Shown here piece after piece: positions 1 through 13,223 of a DNA stretch of 64,000 nucleotides. The DNA is from Geosiphon pyriformis uo1. Lineage: Eukaryota > Fungi > Glomeromycota. The notes beneath the pieces were generated by a model, which saw only the letters and a list, made by a program, of their open reading frames with translations, searched no databases and was not told the DNA's origin. How positions within the stretch are numbered: the first letter of the stretch is position 1; each line of letters starts with the position of its first letter. The position numbers were made by a program, and so were the translations under genes. The stretch covers positions 277,008 through 341,007 of the forward strand of contig JAAOMT010000603.1 in assembly GCA_016748015.1 (NCBI GenBank). The letters are read 5' to 3'.

Positions 1-1
1 A

Positions 2-856
2 ATGCCGGGATATTGTGTTGCAGGAACTGTTGGAGCCAAAGTTATCAACGGGGAAAAAAAGATTCAATTAGATAAAAATACAACGATCGATGTTCAACTT
101 CAGGTCCAATACATGTCATTCAGCGCGCATGCCGATGCTCAGGGAATAATGCAACTTATAAAACAGTGTAAACCAAAGAATGTTGTGCTTGTGCATGGCG
201 AAAAAGCAAAGATGGAATTTTTGGCCAATAAAATTACCAATGAATTTAAAATTCCTTGTTATTATCCAGCAAATGGGACAACAATCACAATTGAAACAAA
301 TCTGGATATACCGGTTGATATTTCGATTAATTTACTTAAACATCACCTAGTTTGGCAAAAGGACCCTTGCTTAACTCATCTTTCCAAAAAGATAGATCTT
401 GAACATGTAAAGCCAATGGAATCAATTTCTATACAAGGAATGTTAGTGATGAAACCCAACCAAAATATTCGATTGGTCGATCCCAATCAAGCTACTGATG
501 TTGTACCCGTTCACGAATTATCATTTGAAGTTACCAAGAAATTAAATTCTTTTATTCAAAATCAACAAAAAAAAAGACAATACAAATTGTTAGATGCTAA
601 CTTATTTGAGGATTTACGATTCGAAGCTTTTGATGCCGTTTTTACCGCTTTAGAATTGTCACTAGGAAGTACTGTGAGAATTGAAAAGGAAAACTCATTC
701 CGAATTCGAATAAGATCGATTTCTATTAGTGTTCCTCCTATTCGCAAACCTTTGATTAGTGATGAGAATGATAATGCGCTGAAAATTTCGTGGAATTACA
801 AGGATGAGGATCTGGCTGAAGAAATCATTTCGATTATTGAACAAACTTTATCATAA
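2..856 (+). CDS. INTS11: Integrator complex subunit 11 (CPSF3L, beta-CASP nuclease), 3' part; 5' end lies outside the window
   Basis: PGYCVAGTVG, MSFSAHADAQGIMQLI and VVLVHGE motifs match the INTS11 form of the beta-CASP/RMMBL region; C-terminal SWxYxDEDL is INTS11-like. Confidence 0.85.
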   Translation: MPGYCVAGTVGAKVINGEKKIQLDKNTTIDVQLQVQYMSFSAHADAQGIMQLIKQCKPKNVVLVHGEKAKMEFLANKITNEFKIPCYYPANGTTITIETNLDIPVDISINLLKHHLVWQKDPCLTHLSKKIDLEHVKPMESISIQGMLVMKPNQNIRLVDPNQATDVVPVHELSFEVTKKLNSFIQNQQKKRQYKLLDANLFEDLRFEAFDAVFTALELSLGSTVRIEKENSFRIRIRSISISVPPIRKPLISDENDNALKISWNYKDEDLAEEIISIIEQTLS

Positions 857-1332
857 TGATCATTTGCCGATCAACAACGAACCTTCTTTTCAGGCTATCA
901 CTTTTGCTCAAGATTTAAAAATTGTCCAAGCCATAATTGGGATGATTTTTTGTCTCGATATTTCCAACAATTTGAAGTTGGACAATTTCTTTGCAGATAA
1001 TTTTGAATCCCAATAAATTCTTCCTAGAAAGCTCAGTTTCACCATTCATGACTTGCCTTATTTTTTTATTTAAATAATATTGTTAAAATAAATAAAACTT
1101 AAAGCATTTTTTTAATCATAAGTAAAAAGGGGGTATTTTGGCGAATAGAGTATTGTGGCAAAATAAATTTGCGTACGAGAATAAGACGCCATTTTCACAC
1201 TTGAACAAATGGGATTTTTATTAACTTCGCCACAATGTTTTTTAAAAACATGATTATCCTATGATCATAGCGTTATTGTGTCACAATAAAAAATTTATAA
1301 GTTTTAAAATATATCAAGGCAAATAACTGAAA

Positions 1333-4300
1333 ATGGTGGCTTCCACACTTCGGCCAGAAAATGAAGTTTCTAAGAACTCCAGAAAAGGCCCCATTTTACT
1401 TTCTGCAGGAGGCAAACAGAAAAAGGCTCATAAAAATAAAGAAGACAAAAAAGTGACCAAAGGTCAGCTAGGGAATGGCATTAGAAAAATCCGAAGCGAA
1501 CATCCGAAGGGTTCAATTAAGCTACCTGGTGATAAGCTCCCTGTTAAACCTGTAGAACCAACTTCAGAAAAGAGCGCTACTGAAGGAAAGGATGATAAAA
1601 CTTCTAAAAAAGCAAGTAAGAATAAGCAAACAAATCAAATCCTTGAAGGAACCCCAGCTAAAAAACTCAAAGATTCTTACAGCCTTATTAAACCTTTGAA
1701 AGAGCAGGGTAAAAAGAGTAAAGCAAGAGATGTTGAGAGGGAGGACGTCAAAAGTAATAAAAAAGCGAGTAAGGGTATTAAAACAAAACAATTCAATGAA
1801 GAAAGCCTAGATGAACAATCTAAGGATTCTAATAGCCTTTTTGGATCCTCGAGAGAAAAGGACGAAATGAAAATAACGGCTCATGTTGCGCAATGCGATA
1901 GTAAAGCAAAAGAAATCAACTTATTAATGGAAGCCACCAAAGAAACTCAAAGGGAGCAACCGAATGGCACCAAAAAAAGGAAAAGGAAAAAGGAAAAAAT
2001 TATCAATAAAATGGATTTTGATCATAAGGCGAGTAAAGGTAATTATTTAATCCAAGTTGTTGAAGGATCCCGAGGTGAACCAATGAAAAGTTCTGACCAA
2101 ATGATCTCAGAAGACCACCTTACCAGACCTGTTGAAAAAGATTGCAAAAAGGAAAAAGCAATGGACAAGCTTAGGAACAATCAAAATAAAATAAAAAATA
2201 TTCAAGTTAGCAAACCAATGCATGATATTCAAGGTGCCCGTGATAAAAAACTCAAGAGTGCCAATAAGACAAGTGCAGAAGGGTTTCTTGCTAGGTTTGA
2301 AGAAGACAGTAAAAATATAGCAAATCAAGTGGGAGAGAATCATAGGAAAACGAAGAAAGTTAAACAAGCAATACAAGTCGTTCAAGGAGCTCAGAATAAA
2401 CTATCGAAGGGTTCTGGTAAAGAGCGTCCTTCCGGATTTGAAGAAAACGAAAAAAAGGAAAAAAACCACAACTTTGACGGTAATCAATTGGAGGAACAAC
2501 CGAGGAAAAAGCTAAAGATTTCCAATAATTTGGTAGATGCCGTGGAAAATAGACTTGATCAAAAGAAACTTCAAGCGGAAGTGGACCATCGCCAAAAAAC
2601 CGATAACAAGAAAAAGAAGAAGCGCCAATTGTCGGATGAAATAAGTTCTTCTGAAAAGAAAAAACAAAAATCCTCCAACGGTAATTGAAGCTGGATTTCG
2701 ACTTTTTCATCTTGATTAATTACTTTTGAGTTTTTTCAACTTTAATTTCAAATATTTGTTTATAATAATGCAGTTTCCTCCGGATTTACTCCAATTCATC
2801 TTGACGAACCCGAGGCCTCATCGTTAAATGCAAAAACTGGTTACAAGATTATAGGATCAAAAAAACCCCGACGGCTCGGAAGAATCAAACCTGAATCAAT
2901 TTCGGCTGCAAATCAAAAGTTAATTCAAAGCTCTTGGTTAGAAGCCAGCCAATTACGAGAATTAGGTTCATGTTGAAATTTTTGATCTTCTAAAATTCTC
3001 AAAATCTTTTTTATTAACTTTATTTCGAATGGAATTTAAAAAGGTGTTATGTATACTAAAGGAAAGTTTTCAAAAAAAGAAGATGAAGCCTTGATAAAAG
3101 CCCTTGAAACCTATAAAGAGGTCTATTAGTTGAAAGATATTAATTTTTTCGTTAGATGTTTGATTCTCGTGGTTTATTAAATTTTTTTTGATTTAAAGAT
3201 GAACCAGTTAAATGAGGAGGATATACACCGCCTTATTTTTGAAAAAAATGGCAAGAAAGGCGCGAAAAAAAATTTCTGGAAAGACATCGGTCGGGATTAA
3301 ATTTGATTCATTATGACTTGATCCTTTTTATTAACCTAATTTTTTGAACATAATTTCAGCCTCAGTTCTTGAAAACCGGCCATTAAAAACCATAACCAAC
3401 CATGTCCAACGTATGAAGCATCCTTTCAAGGGAGCAGGAAAGTGGACTTCAGAAGATGATGCCCGCCTTATAAGGTACCAAATATTTTGCTACATCTTTA
3501 AATAATCGTAACGAATAAAAAATATTTACCCAAATTTCAGATTAAAAACCGAGTACGGGACCAATTGGAAAAAGATAGGAGAATTGATGGAAAGAACAGG
3601 CACTTCTTGCCGAGACCGTCACCGGGATTATCTTGAACTCCGAGAAACCAAAAAATCTGGTATATTGAGTATTACAATAATCCATAAAAGTCCTAGATCT
3701 GCTTTAACATTCTGTCTCATTTTTAATAAAGGCAAATGGTCGAGAGTTGAGACCCGTCAATTATACGAAATAATTGATGAACTCGTAAATGAAGGGCAAT
3801 CGCCTCATGCTGGAATCCCTTGGGGCCTTGTTTCAAAAAAGATGGGCTTAACAAGATCTCAACTGCAATGTCGTAGCAAATGGTATGTATTTTAGAACTT
3901 GTAATTGTTTTTATTTAAATTGAACTTGACTCATTTAAGATTTTTTGCTTGGTTTTCATAGGCAAAGAGATGTTCGAATCCGGTATATTCGCGAAGACTT
4001 GAAAAACGCCCCTGTATGGACAGAGGAGGACACGTTGAAAATGCTTGAAAAGCAAGTCTTGGAGGATTTAATTAATAAAAACTCTTTTTATCTCTAAATA
4101 AAATTGTTATTTTATTTTCACCACTTTTAGACTGTGGGGTGTCCAGGTTGAGGAAGATGTAGATATTCCTTGGGAAGCTTTAGCTGATGATCCCAATTGG
4201 GGTCCTTGGTAAAAAATTTTTATTTTAGATACGTTAGCCTTTGCATTTATCATCTCGTACTTTATCTATTTTCTATTATAGGACCCCAGAATATTTGCGG

Positions 4301-4565
4301 AGGATGTGGGGTGCAATGAAAAGGTGGGAAGTTGAGTATACTACTATGCCTTTCGATGGTAAATCTTGATTGATTTAATGATGATGAATTTTTCTAGACA
4401 AGTTTGATATCTAATGATCTCATTTTGGGATATGTAGAACTAGTTGAAAAGTTATACTACCAGTACTGTGAAAAGCGGAAGATAGGGGGCTTGCGGCCAA
4501 ATATTTCTAGAAAGGCTGCGCCACTCTCTTCGAAATTTGTGGAAGACAGTGACGTCGAGGATTAG
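1333..4565 (+). CDS. Myb/SANT-repeat DNA-binding protein, Reb1/Nsi1/TTF1/DMTF1-like, with a long Lys-rich N-terminus (multi-exon)
   Basis: Exon 1 1333-2680, then spliced exons encoding GKFSKKEDEAL, GKWTSEDDARL, YGTNWKKIGELMERTGTSCRDR, GKWSRVET..L, IPWGLVSKKMGLTRSQLQCRSKW, WTEEDTLKML; stop TAG 4563-4565. Confidence 0.75.
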
Positions 4566-4714
4566 TAGTAAATTAATGTTAAGAAGCAAATTGATGTTAA
4601 GATAGCGTTTTAGCGATTTTCTTCTTTATTATTATGATGGAATCTTTATTTATTGAATTCGTCAATCATCAATACAACCTTATATGGAGCTATGCTGCAA
4701 CAAAACCAAAGTAA

Positions 4715-5647
4715 ATGTAACGCCGCAAGGGCTCAAAATTTTGTAAGCCTTAATAGCACTGTCATTATATAATGTTTATTTTTGTTTTAGCCAACTACGT
4801 TTTTTGTTTTAGTTATCTAGTATCTTTCGTAGAGAATAATTGGGCCAGACCATAGATTTATTAAAGGTTTTTTTAAATTTATACACTTAAGATACAATAT
4901 AAAAATCTTGTTTATTAAACACATTATGATTAAAAACATGAAATAATTGGTTTTTTATGCAAAAAAATAAAAAATCTTTAAAACTGTTATGGTATTTTAA
5001 GAAAAAGTTGTATTTGGTGAAAAACTTCTAAGTATTAATATTATTATGGGTGTTAAAGTTTAGATTACAAAATTGGTAATTGTAAGACAACTGTTTTTGG
5101 ATTATTAAAAGCCTTAAAATTATTTATTCTTTGTCAGTTATTTTGTTGGTTCAATATTCTATGTCAAAGCTGTCTACTATAAAATGGTTTAGTTTTATGT
5201 ATGTAGATTACACTTTGTGAAAGTGTTTAAAAAAAAAGGAAAAAATAATTTAATGCTTTTGAAAAGATGACGATTCACAAAAGTTGAAAAAGTTTTAGCT
5301 CAAAAGATAATTATCATGACTTTTGATATTTTTATTAATAATAGTCAAAATGGTATTTTGAAACCTGAGAAACTTTTTCCACAAGATAAACATTTTGTGA
5401 TGTCTGACTACAAAATCTGTAAAAGTGCAAGAATCATGTAAAAACCAGTGTCAGCAATTTAAAAGATGAAGACTTTGAAAGAGTTGCTCAGGAATATCAA
5501 ATTAAGCAAATAATTAATCCAGATAAAAGCCTAGGATTTGTTACTCCGCATATTATCTTTGAATAATATAAGAGAATGACAAAAATAAAATGGGAATCGC
5601 AACGTTACTGTGGCGTTCAACGATTTTGACCCCTGTGGCGCTATGCA
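4715..5647. mobile_element. Degenerate DNA-transposon/MITE-like relic with imperfect terminal inverted repeats
   Basis: TAACGCCGCAAGGGCTCAAAAT (~4718-4739) versus reverse complement TAGCGCCACAGGGGTCAAAAT (~5623-5643); interior AT-rich with stop-riddled coding-like sequence. Confidence 0.45.
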
Positions 5648-5906
5648 CTTTGTTATAGCATGCATATAACCTATAATTTCTCTCACTGAGCCACAGCAAA
5701 AATGCGTTAGGGGCTTAAATTTAAAATCAGTATGGTATGATTGGTTATATTATTAACAAATAACCCATTTCCCAAGGCACATTTAATAGGAAAGTCAAAA
5801 GCTGATCTTATAATCCCTTAGACGACTATTCTACTGAACCAAAAAGTTAAAATCCTCTATAATAATTTTTTTTTCATCGTTTTTTCACAAAGTATCAAAA
5901 ATCACC

Positions 5907-7041
5907 ATGGCAATGATGGGAAACCTGAAACGATCAATCGAAGTGATCAAGGATGAAACCCTCAAAAGTAAATTTTTTGTGTTACCTCTAATGAATAATT
6001 TTTCAAAAAATATGCTTTTTTTATCCATAATTGAAGAGTAATAATTATAACTTTTTAATTTTAAAGTGGCTGGTTTCGGTAACCCATTATTCAATTGGAC
6101 AAAAGAGATGAAGATGCTGAACGTGAATAGCCAAGAAGATTTACAGAAATGGATAGTTGGATGTGATCGAGATATTGGTGGTATTGTGTCTAAATTCAAC
6201 GTCACCGTCTTAATTTATTATCTGATTCGTATAATATATATATTCATGAATTAAAAATTTAGACAATCCCATCATTATTAATCCTTTTTTACAGGAAAAT
6301 CCGAAGTTAATTGGGAACTCACACCTGAGGCATATGGTAAACTTCACGGATATATTCGAAATGAGATTCCCGGAAACGATCCAGGTCGACCAATTTGTGG
6401 GTACGCGGGTATCAAATCAAAGGTAAAAGATATTTGCCAAGTATCGTAAAATGCCTGTTCATTTATTTGTGATATTTTTAGAATGAATCAAACATTATGG
6501 GATTAAAAGTTTGGGACACCGCTCTTTTCCGATACTTAATGTTGCGTGTACGTGGTGATCGACGGCGATATTTTGTCAATATCCAAACAGATTCTGCCAA
6601 TCGAAAAACCTTATGGCAGCATCGGCTCTTTCTTCGACGCCCTGGAACATGGGAAGTTCACATGGTCGGGTATTTTTTTGATTTTTACCAATGAATTTTC
6701 CAGTCCATTGAAAAAAATGTATATTTGTAATTTGCATCAATTATTCAGATTCCATTCAAAGATTTTGTCGTAACAAATCAAGGTATCCCTGAACATCCAC
6801 AGATTCGTATGTTGCGTGAAAGAGTAAAAACCGTAGGGTTCTCATTGCTGGACCGACAAGAGGGCCCATTTTCGTTGGAAATTGATTATATCAAGGCGAT
6901 GAATACTGATCGCTCGCAAGGTTAACTTACAATTTTTCAGACTTGAGAGATTATATTGATTTTTGTTTAACTCAGCGTCTTTGTATGATTTTAGGTGATT
7001 ATGATCGTCCGAATAGACCCGAGTCCGGCTTCTTTTTCTGA
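5907..7041 (+). CDS. CIA30: Complex I intermediate-associated protein 30 (NDUFAF1/CIA30 family), multi-exon
   Basis: WIVGCDRDIGG, GYAGIKS, WDTALFRYLMLRVRGDRRRYFVNIQTD, LWQHRLF, IPFKDFV, VGFSLLDRQEGPFSLEIDYIKA across GT-AG introns. Confidence 0.9.
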
Positions 7042-7314
7042 AAGGACTGATTCTAGCCTATCTTTTTTCTTAATATTTAGTTAATGGCTGGTGATGTGAG
7101 AGATTCGAAAAATAGCTTTAGTTTGTACGCGCCAAAATCTTTTTTTCCTTATTCAAAGTGTTCTAATGATTTTTTATATTCTAAAAATCGTTTTTAAAAA
7201 TTGGCATCAAACTAGAGATGCAAAATGTTTCTATTTTATTTTTCAAATCTATTCTATTAATTGCAAATGGTTTCTTTTTAAAATACATTAATTTAATTAC
7301 CAAACTTTCAAAAT

Positions 7315-8276
7315 TTATACTTTCGATCCACTTGCACCAGCCGCACCTTCAGAATTTGTGCTCCTTCCTCCCGGATTATTGTTATTAAACTGAACATTAT
7401 ATCCACCAGTTTCATCATTCTTGACCATATTAAAATTATCGGTCGATAAACCAAACTTGCCCAGTATCGTATTTCCCAGGTCTTTAAGCTTGCCTAACAT
7501 TTCGTTCTTCTCGTGTTCTTGTGCTTCGCTGATTTGTCGTGGAAGACGCGTTAAAGAATTCCTGATATTTTTACAATTAACTGGTGTAAGCTTTTCTTGA
7601 TGATCTGGAGATTCGAGTAATTCCTTGTAATCTAAACACTAACATTTGTCAAAAGACCGGAATTTCAATGGGATAAAAAAGAAATTGTGTTTTTGATTGA
7701 CAAACCTTCTTGGGCACTGATGAGTGCTGCGTATGATCCAATTTTTTCGTTAGCTTGAGCGCGTCGCAGTAGCACTTTGGTGTATTTCGGAGAAGCATTT
7801 AAGGCTTTATTGTGAAATGAATCACCAATAAGAATTTTATAAAAAAGTAAACAGGTTAGAATTTTTGAGATCAATGCCGAAAGAGTTTCTAAATGGACTA
7901 ACCTTTGGTGCAAGCATCTACAGCTTGTTTATAATTCTCCTAAAATCATAAATATACCAACATCGAGAAGCAAAAAAATGATTCAAATAATGAAAAATCC
8001 AATAAGTTACAATATACATTTTAATTGAATCTTTACCAATTTAATCTCACAGGCTCCAATATTTCCCCAATAAACTGCTCGTTCTTCAGTACACTCCTCT
8101 GGACAAGCATCCAATGCCTTGTGATACTGTTGAATCGCGTCCGGATATTCACTTTTTGTAAAAAATTTGTTACCTTCGGTTTTATGCTCGTTTGCTTCGG
8201 ACACTAAGGACGCAATTTCTTCTGAGGTGAATTTTGGTAGCGTATCTTCTGTTGTGCTAATTGCTTGTTCTTGCAT
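7315..8276 (-). CDS. TTC1: Tetratricopeptide repeat protein 1 homolog, multi-exon
   Basis: TPR (KTEGNKFF...A..QY..AL, YTKVLLRRAQANEK) plus the diagnostic C-terminus MLGKLKDLGNTILGKFGLSTDNF...GGYNVQF; start codon uncertain. Confidence 0.85.
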
Positions 8277-8755
8277 GCTGGGAATTATTGGCTTTGGTAC
8301 ACTACAATTGTTCTCTTGAAGTTTATGAAAGTGCTAGAGTTTAGGATAATTACATTAAGTAGTTTTTACTATTTAGTATAAGGATAGTTTTAAAGAGCAT
8401 TCCTACCTTAATTGGGGTACAGAGGTAGTCAAGGGAAAAGGAATTTTATCGGGTTGAAAAGTGTCTGCGTAGGATGTTGACAAATAACCAGATTATACGT
8501 AATAATTTATATTCACGAACAAGTTTTCGAGATTTTATCTATCATAAATTAAAATTTTGAAAACCAGGTTGAAACTTTCACTCCTTTCTGATCTGAAATT
8601 AATTTGTATTCTCAATTTATCAATTACAAAAAGTCTTTGTAAAAATGTCTAATTTCAATGGAATAATGATAAAGAAAAAAAGTGGAGCTGGTAACCGATA
8701 GTTACTTATGTTTTATTAATTTAGGCTCGCCCAAGAATCAATAATTTTTCATATT

Positions 8756-10402
8756 TTACAAATCATTAGTTTCATTGGAATTTCCAGATGGAATTGGTAA
8801 AATCGCACCAATCATTGTTGCAGGAAGGGTAGTTATTGGTGGAAGTAATGAAGAAGCACTCTTACGAGATTGTTGAATGAGAAGTGCACTAGATATCCAA
8901 TAAATTTCAAAATTAAAGAGTGAGAAAGCATGCAAGATGAAACAAGTGAAGATACTCGATAAAAGATATATAACATACTCCATAATAACCAACGCAGCCA
9001 TAGCTTCAACGATAGGTACGGCTCTTGGAACCACACACGGATCATGCCGCCCACGGGCGGCAAGCACCCCATCATTCCCATCATATGTAACAGTTTTCTG
9101 AGCTTGAGAAATAGTAGCAGGTGGTTTGAAGGCCACACGGAAATAAATATTTTCCCCATTGCTAATTCCACCTTGTATTCCTCCCGAATTGTTAGTAATT
9201 GTGCCTAAACTTCCATCAGGTTTTTTTCGCCATAGGTCGTTGTGCTGATGCCCCTCTAATATGGTCCCTTTGAACCCACTACCAATCTCAAATCCTTTTG
9301 TTGCAGGGATTGAAAGCATAGCATGTGCAAGCTTTGCCTCTAGTTTGTCAAAACAAGGTTCACCTAACCCGACTGGGATATTTCGAATAACACACGTAAC
9401 CGTCCCCCCAACTGAATCGTTTTTGTTTTTGGCTTCAAGTATTCGCTGCAGTAAAGCGATGATTAACCGATTTGAAATAAATAAATATTTTCAAATTAAG
9501 TTAACTGACTGGGGAAAAAACTTTTAATTCACCATTAAACCAATATACCTCTCGCATTCTCTCTGAAATTTGTTTATCTGGACATCTAACAATATCCTTA
9601 TCCACTTCCTCGCGGGTCACATTGTTCAAAAAATCCCAAAATTCTTCAGGATACCCTTGGTCATCGTCTGCGGTAATAAACTTCATCGTAACTTTGGATA
9701 CGGAACTCACAAACGCCACAATCTCCACACCATATGCGATTGATAAAAATTTTTCGGCGATCGCACCAGCTGCTACTCGGCCTTTAAGTTAAAGCATTTT
9801 CAATTGACTACCCAAAAATCCCTAGAAGCCTCTCTCAAGGCCCTATAAAGCTTAAATTATTAAGTCAAATTAAAATAATTATTGATGCCTAACCTATCGT
9901 CTCCCTCGCCGAAGCCCTACCACCACCGCTGCTAGCCTTGACGCCATACTTTTTGAGGTATGTCCAATCAGCGTGGCTCGGTCGCGGGTATAAGTCAGTC
10001 TCAGAGTAGTCGTGAGGCCGATGGTCCTGGTTCAAAACTTGTAGCCCTATTGGGGTTCCAAGAGTGATGCCAAACTCGGTGCCAGACTGTATAGTAACTC
10101 GGTCTTTTTCGTCACGCTTTATAATATCAATAATAATGACATAAAAGTAAAAAACCCGTATAAAGCCCTCTTTCAATGCATTTTGGGAAAATTTTCAGGC
10201 CGAAACACACCACCTAGTTTAGTCTAACACATACTGGTGTAGTCAAATTACTCTGTCCAGGTCTTCTTCTGTCCAATTGTCTCTGTATATCAGTTTCAGC
10301 CAGCGGTAAGCCTGGTGGTACGCCATCCACAATGCACCCGACCGACTTGCAGTGTGACTCACCGTAAGTTGTGACGCGAAATAGGTTACCAAACGTACTC
10401 AT
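8756..10402 (-). CDS. ARO2: Chorismate synthase, multi-exon
   Basis: [73 protein letters not shown] motifs. Confidence 0.97.
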
Positions 10403-11536
10403 AATGTCTTTACACGATGGGAAGTTGTTTCAAAACTAAAATTAAAGAGCGAAAAAACTATATTCTTAATCTTTACTCGTAAGATGGGATTGTCAAATTT
10501 TTCACATCTAATCATGTAATCAGATTACTCTACCGAATCGCAACATTTTAATATGTTCACAAGATTAAATTAAATTAATTTTTATATTTTTACAAATACC
10601 CAATAATAGAAAAATTAAAGCAAATTAAATATTGTTATTTAAAAAAAATATATACTAAATTTTGAGTAATAAAATTTCAAAAATAGAATATTTTAATAAA
10701 TCAATTTTATTATTTTTTTAATTAATAAAATCTTAAAAATTCAAACTTAATTTAAAATCTTAAATATAATTTTATTATTTTTAACTACTTTTATTATAAT
10801 TAAAAACAACATTTTAATAAAATATAATTAATATAATACTTAATAATTATATAAGTAATTACAATTTAAATTATATAAATAAAAATTAATTATAATACAT
10901 ATAATATATATTTGTTATGTTTATTTAATTAAACTTTTTTTGCTTTTTGATTTTGTAAATTTTATGTTCATAATTAAAACAAAAAAAACAATTACTCTTT
11001 AACATCAATAATATCAAATTAACAATTAAATTTTTTAATAAAAAAATTTTAACAACAGCAACAATTTTCTTTTTTATTAACAATAAAAATTACTATAATT
11101 TATTAATAAAATTAAGAATTATATTACTTTTATTAAAATTAAAATATATTATATTTTTTTTTGCGTAAGGTACAGTAGCCCAATCATAGACTAATTTCGT
11201 ATGATACATTAGACTTGGATCGCGCTCTACATTAAATATAATATAAAATTATAGTTATAATTTAATTAATTATATTAATATTTAAAATTCCTTAATTTTG
11301 ATTTTGTTTTAAGATAAAATACATAAAAAACAAAATTAGCAAAATAATATAAATTATATAAAAATATTTATTTATTATTAACTTTGATTTTAATGACTAA
11401 AAGAAGCAAGATTTTTATCATTTGAGTAATGTGATTTATGCCTGGTTTTTCCACGTCACTACATAGCTGTCAATATCTGTTATAGCATGGTTTCCAAGTT
11501 CAAATACTTCAAATTGATTAAACACGATTTATAAAC

Positions 11537-13138
11537 ATGAACTTGTTAAAACCAAGCTTCGTAACCGTATGCAGCCTTGGCGTTCTTGTTCGTGTAGTAT
11601 TTCTTGCCTATGGGGAGTGGCAAGACGCGAACATGCAAGTAAAATATACAGACGTTGACTACAAAGTATTCACAGACGCGGCGCGTTTGGTAACCCAGGG
11701 AAGAAGTCCATACGCTCGCGCCACATACCGTTATACACCTTTATTAGCCTTTCTTCTCACGCCAAATATTTATATTCATCCAGTATTTGGGAAACTACTT
11801 TTTGTACTGGCTGACCTTCTTGTTGGCTACCTAATATGTCAACTACTTTTGTTACGGGGTTTGGGGAAAGAAAAAGCCGTCTTGCTAACAGGGGCCACCT
11901 GGTTATTGAATCCAATGGTGGCAGCGATCTCGACGCGCGGTAACGCAGAGAGTTTACTTGGCGCTATGATTCTTTTGACCATATACTGGATATTGACCAA
12001 ACGATTCGTTTCCGCAAGCCTTTTATATGGTATATCGGTTCATTTTAAGTTATATCCTATTATATATGCGATACCATTGGTAATTTTACTGGATGATGAG
12101 GATTATTCGGGACATAGAAGGAAGGGAAAGGAGAAGGCATATCCTCGTTGGAGTAGACAATATTGGAATCGCCAAATTACCATGTTTGTAACTCCAACAC
12201 GTATTCGATTTGCTCTTTTGAGTGGTGGGATTTTTTTCATATTGAATGCCTTCATGTATTACCTGTATGTATTAAATCATTATGTTTTGAAAAGGATAAA
12301 ATATCAAAAATTCATACCATATCCCTGGTATTTTCGAATTAAAAACCAATTCTTTCTTCAAAAGTTACTCTCAAGAATTCCTTAAAGAGACATATCTCTA
12401 CCATGTAACCCGCAGAGATCATCGACATAATTTTTCCTTATGGTTCTACTATATATATCTAAACTATCATTCCCAGACACGTTTACCATGGTTGGGTTGG
12501 CAGGGATTTTTGCAGCTGGGTTCGGTCACATTACTTGGATCGGTTTTTGGGAAAGACATTTTTTTCGCATTATTCGTCCAGACTTTTGCCTTCGTAACTT
12601 ATAATCGAGTATGCACGTCACAGGTAAAGCCATCTATTCAATGTAAAAAGATCAATTACAGATTCAATTTAAAGACGAATCTTTCAAAAATTCTTCATGT
12701 GTAATACTAATCTTCCGCAGTATTTCATGTGGTATATATGCCTCTTCCCGCTGATTATTCCATCAACCACTTTAACCTTTAAATATAGAGGGTTTTTAAT
12801 GATTCTCGCATGGGTCGGAAGTCAGGTAAAGCGTAAAGCCTATTTAATTCAACTATTGAATAAACACTTTGAGAAATTACTAAAATTAAAGATTTTAGGG
12901 TTTGTGGCTATACCAAGCCTATCAATTGGAGTTTCTTGGGGAGAACACATTTTTCGGGACATGGTTGGCGAGTGTCTTGTTTTTCTCAGTTAACATATGG
13001 ATTTTGACTGAATTAATTAAAAATCACGAATATGATTCGGTGTTTGAATTGGGACAAATTAAAAAAGTTTGGGAAAAATGGCCTTCAAAAAAGAATAAAG
13101 AGCAAGGTGGTGACCCAAACTATATGAAAGATATCTGA
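11537..13138 (+). CDS. GPI14: GPI mannosyltransferase I (PIG-M), multi-exon
   Basis: KYTDVDYKVFTDAA, SPYARATYRYTPLLA, ISTRGNAES, VHFKLYPIIY, RDHRHNFS, FVTYNRVCTSQYFMWY, YQLEFLG. Confidence 0.95.
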
Positions 13139-13223
13139 ATGCAGAAGGAAATTTATGAACCTATAAGAATTGAGGAAATAAAGAGGATGTAAGAGCAATT
13201 ATTTAAATATTAAAGACCTTTGT

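Noticed and set aside
1564-2710. Minus-strand Phe/Leu-rich ORFs
   Set aside because: Antisense shadows of the Lys-rich Myb exon
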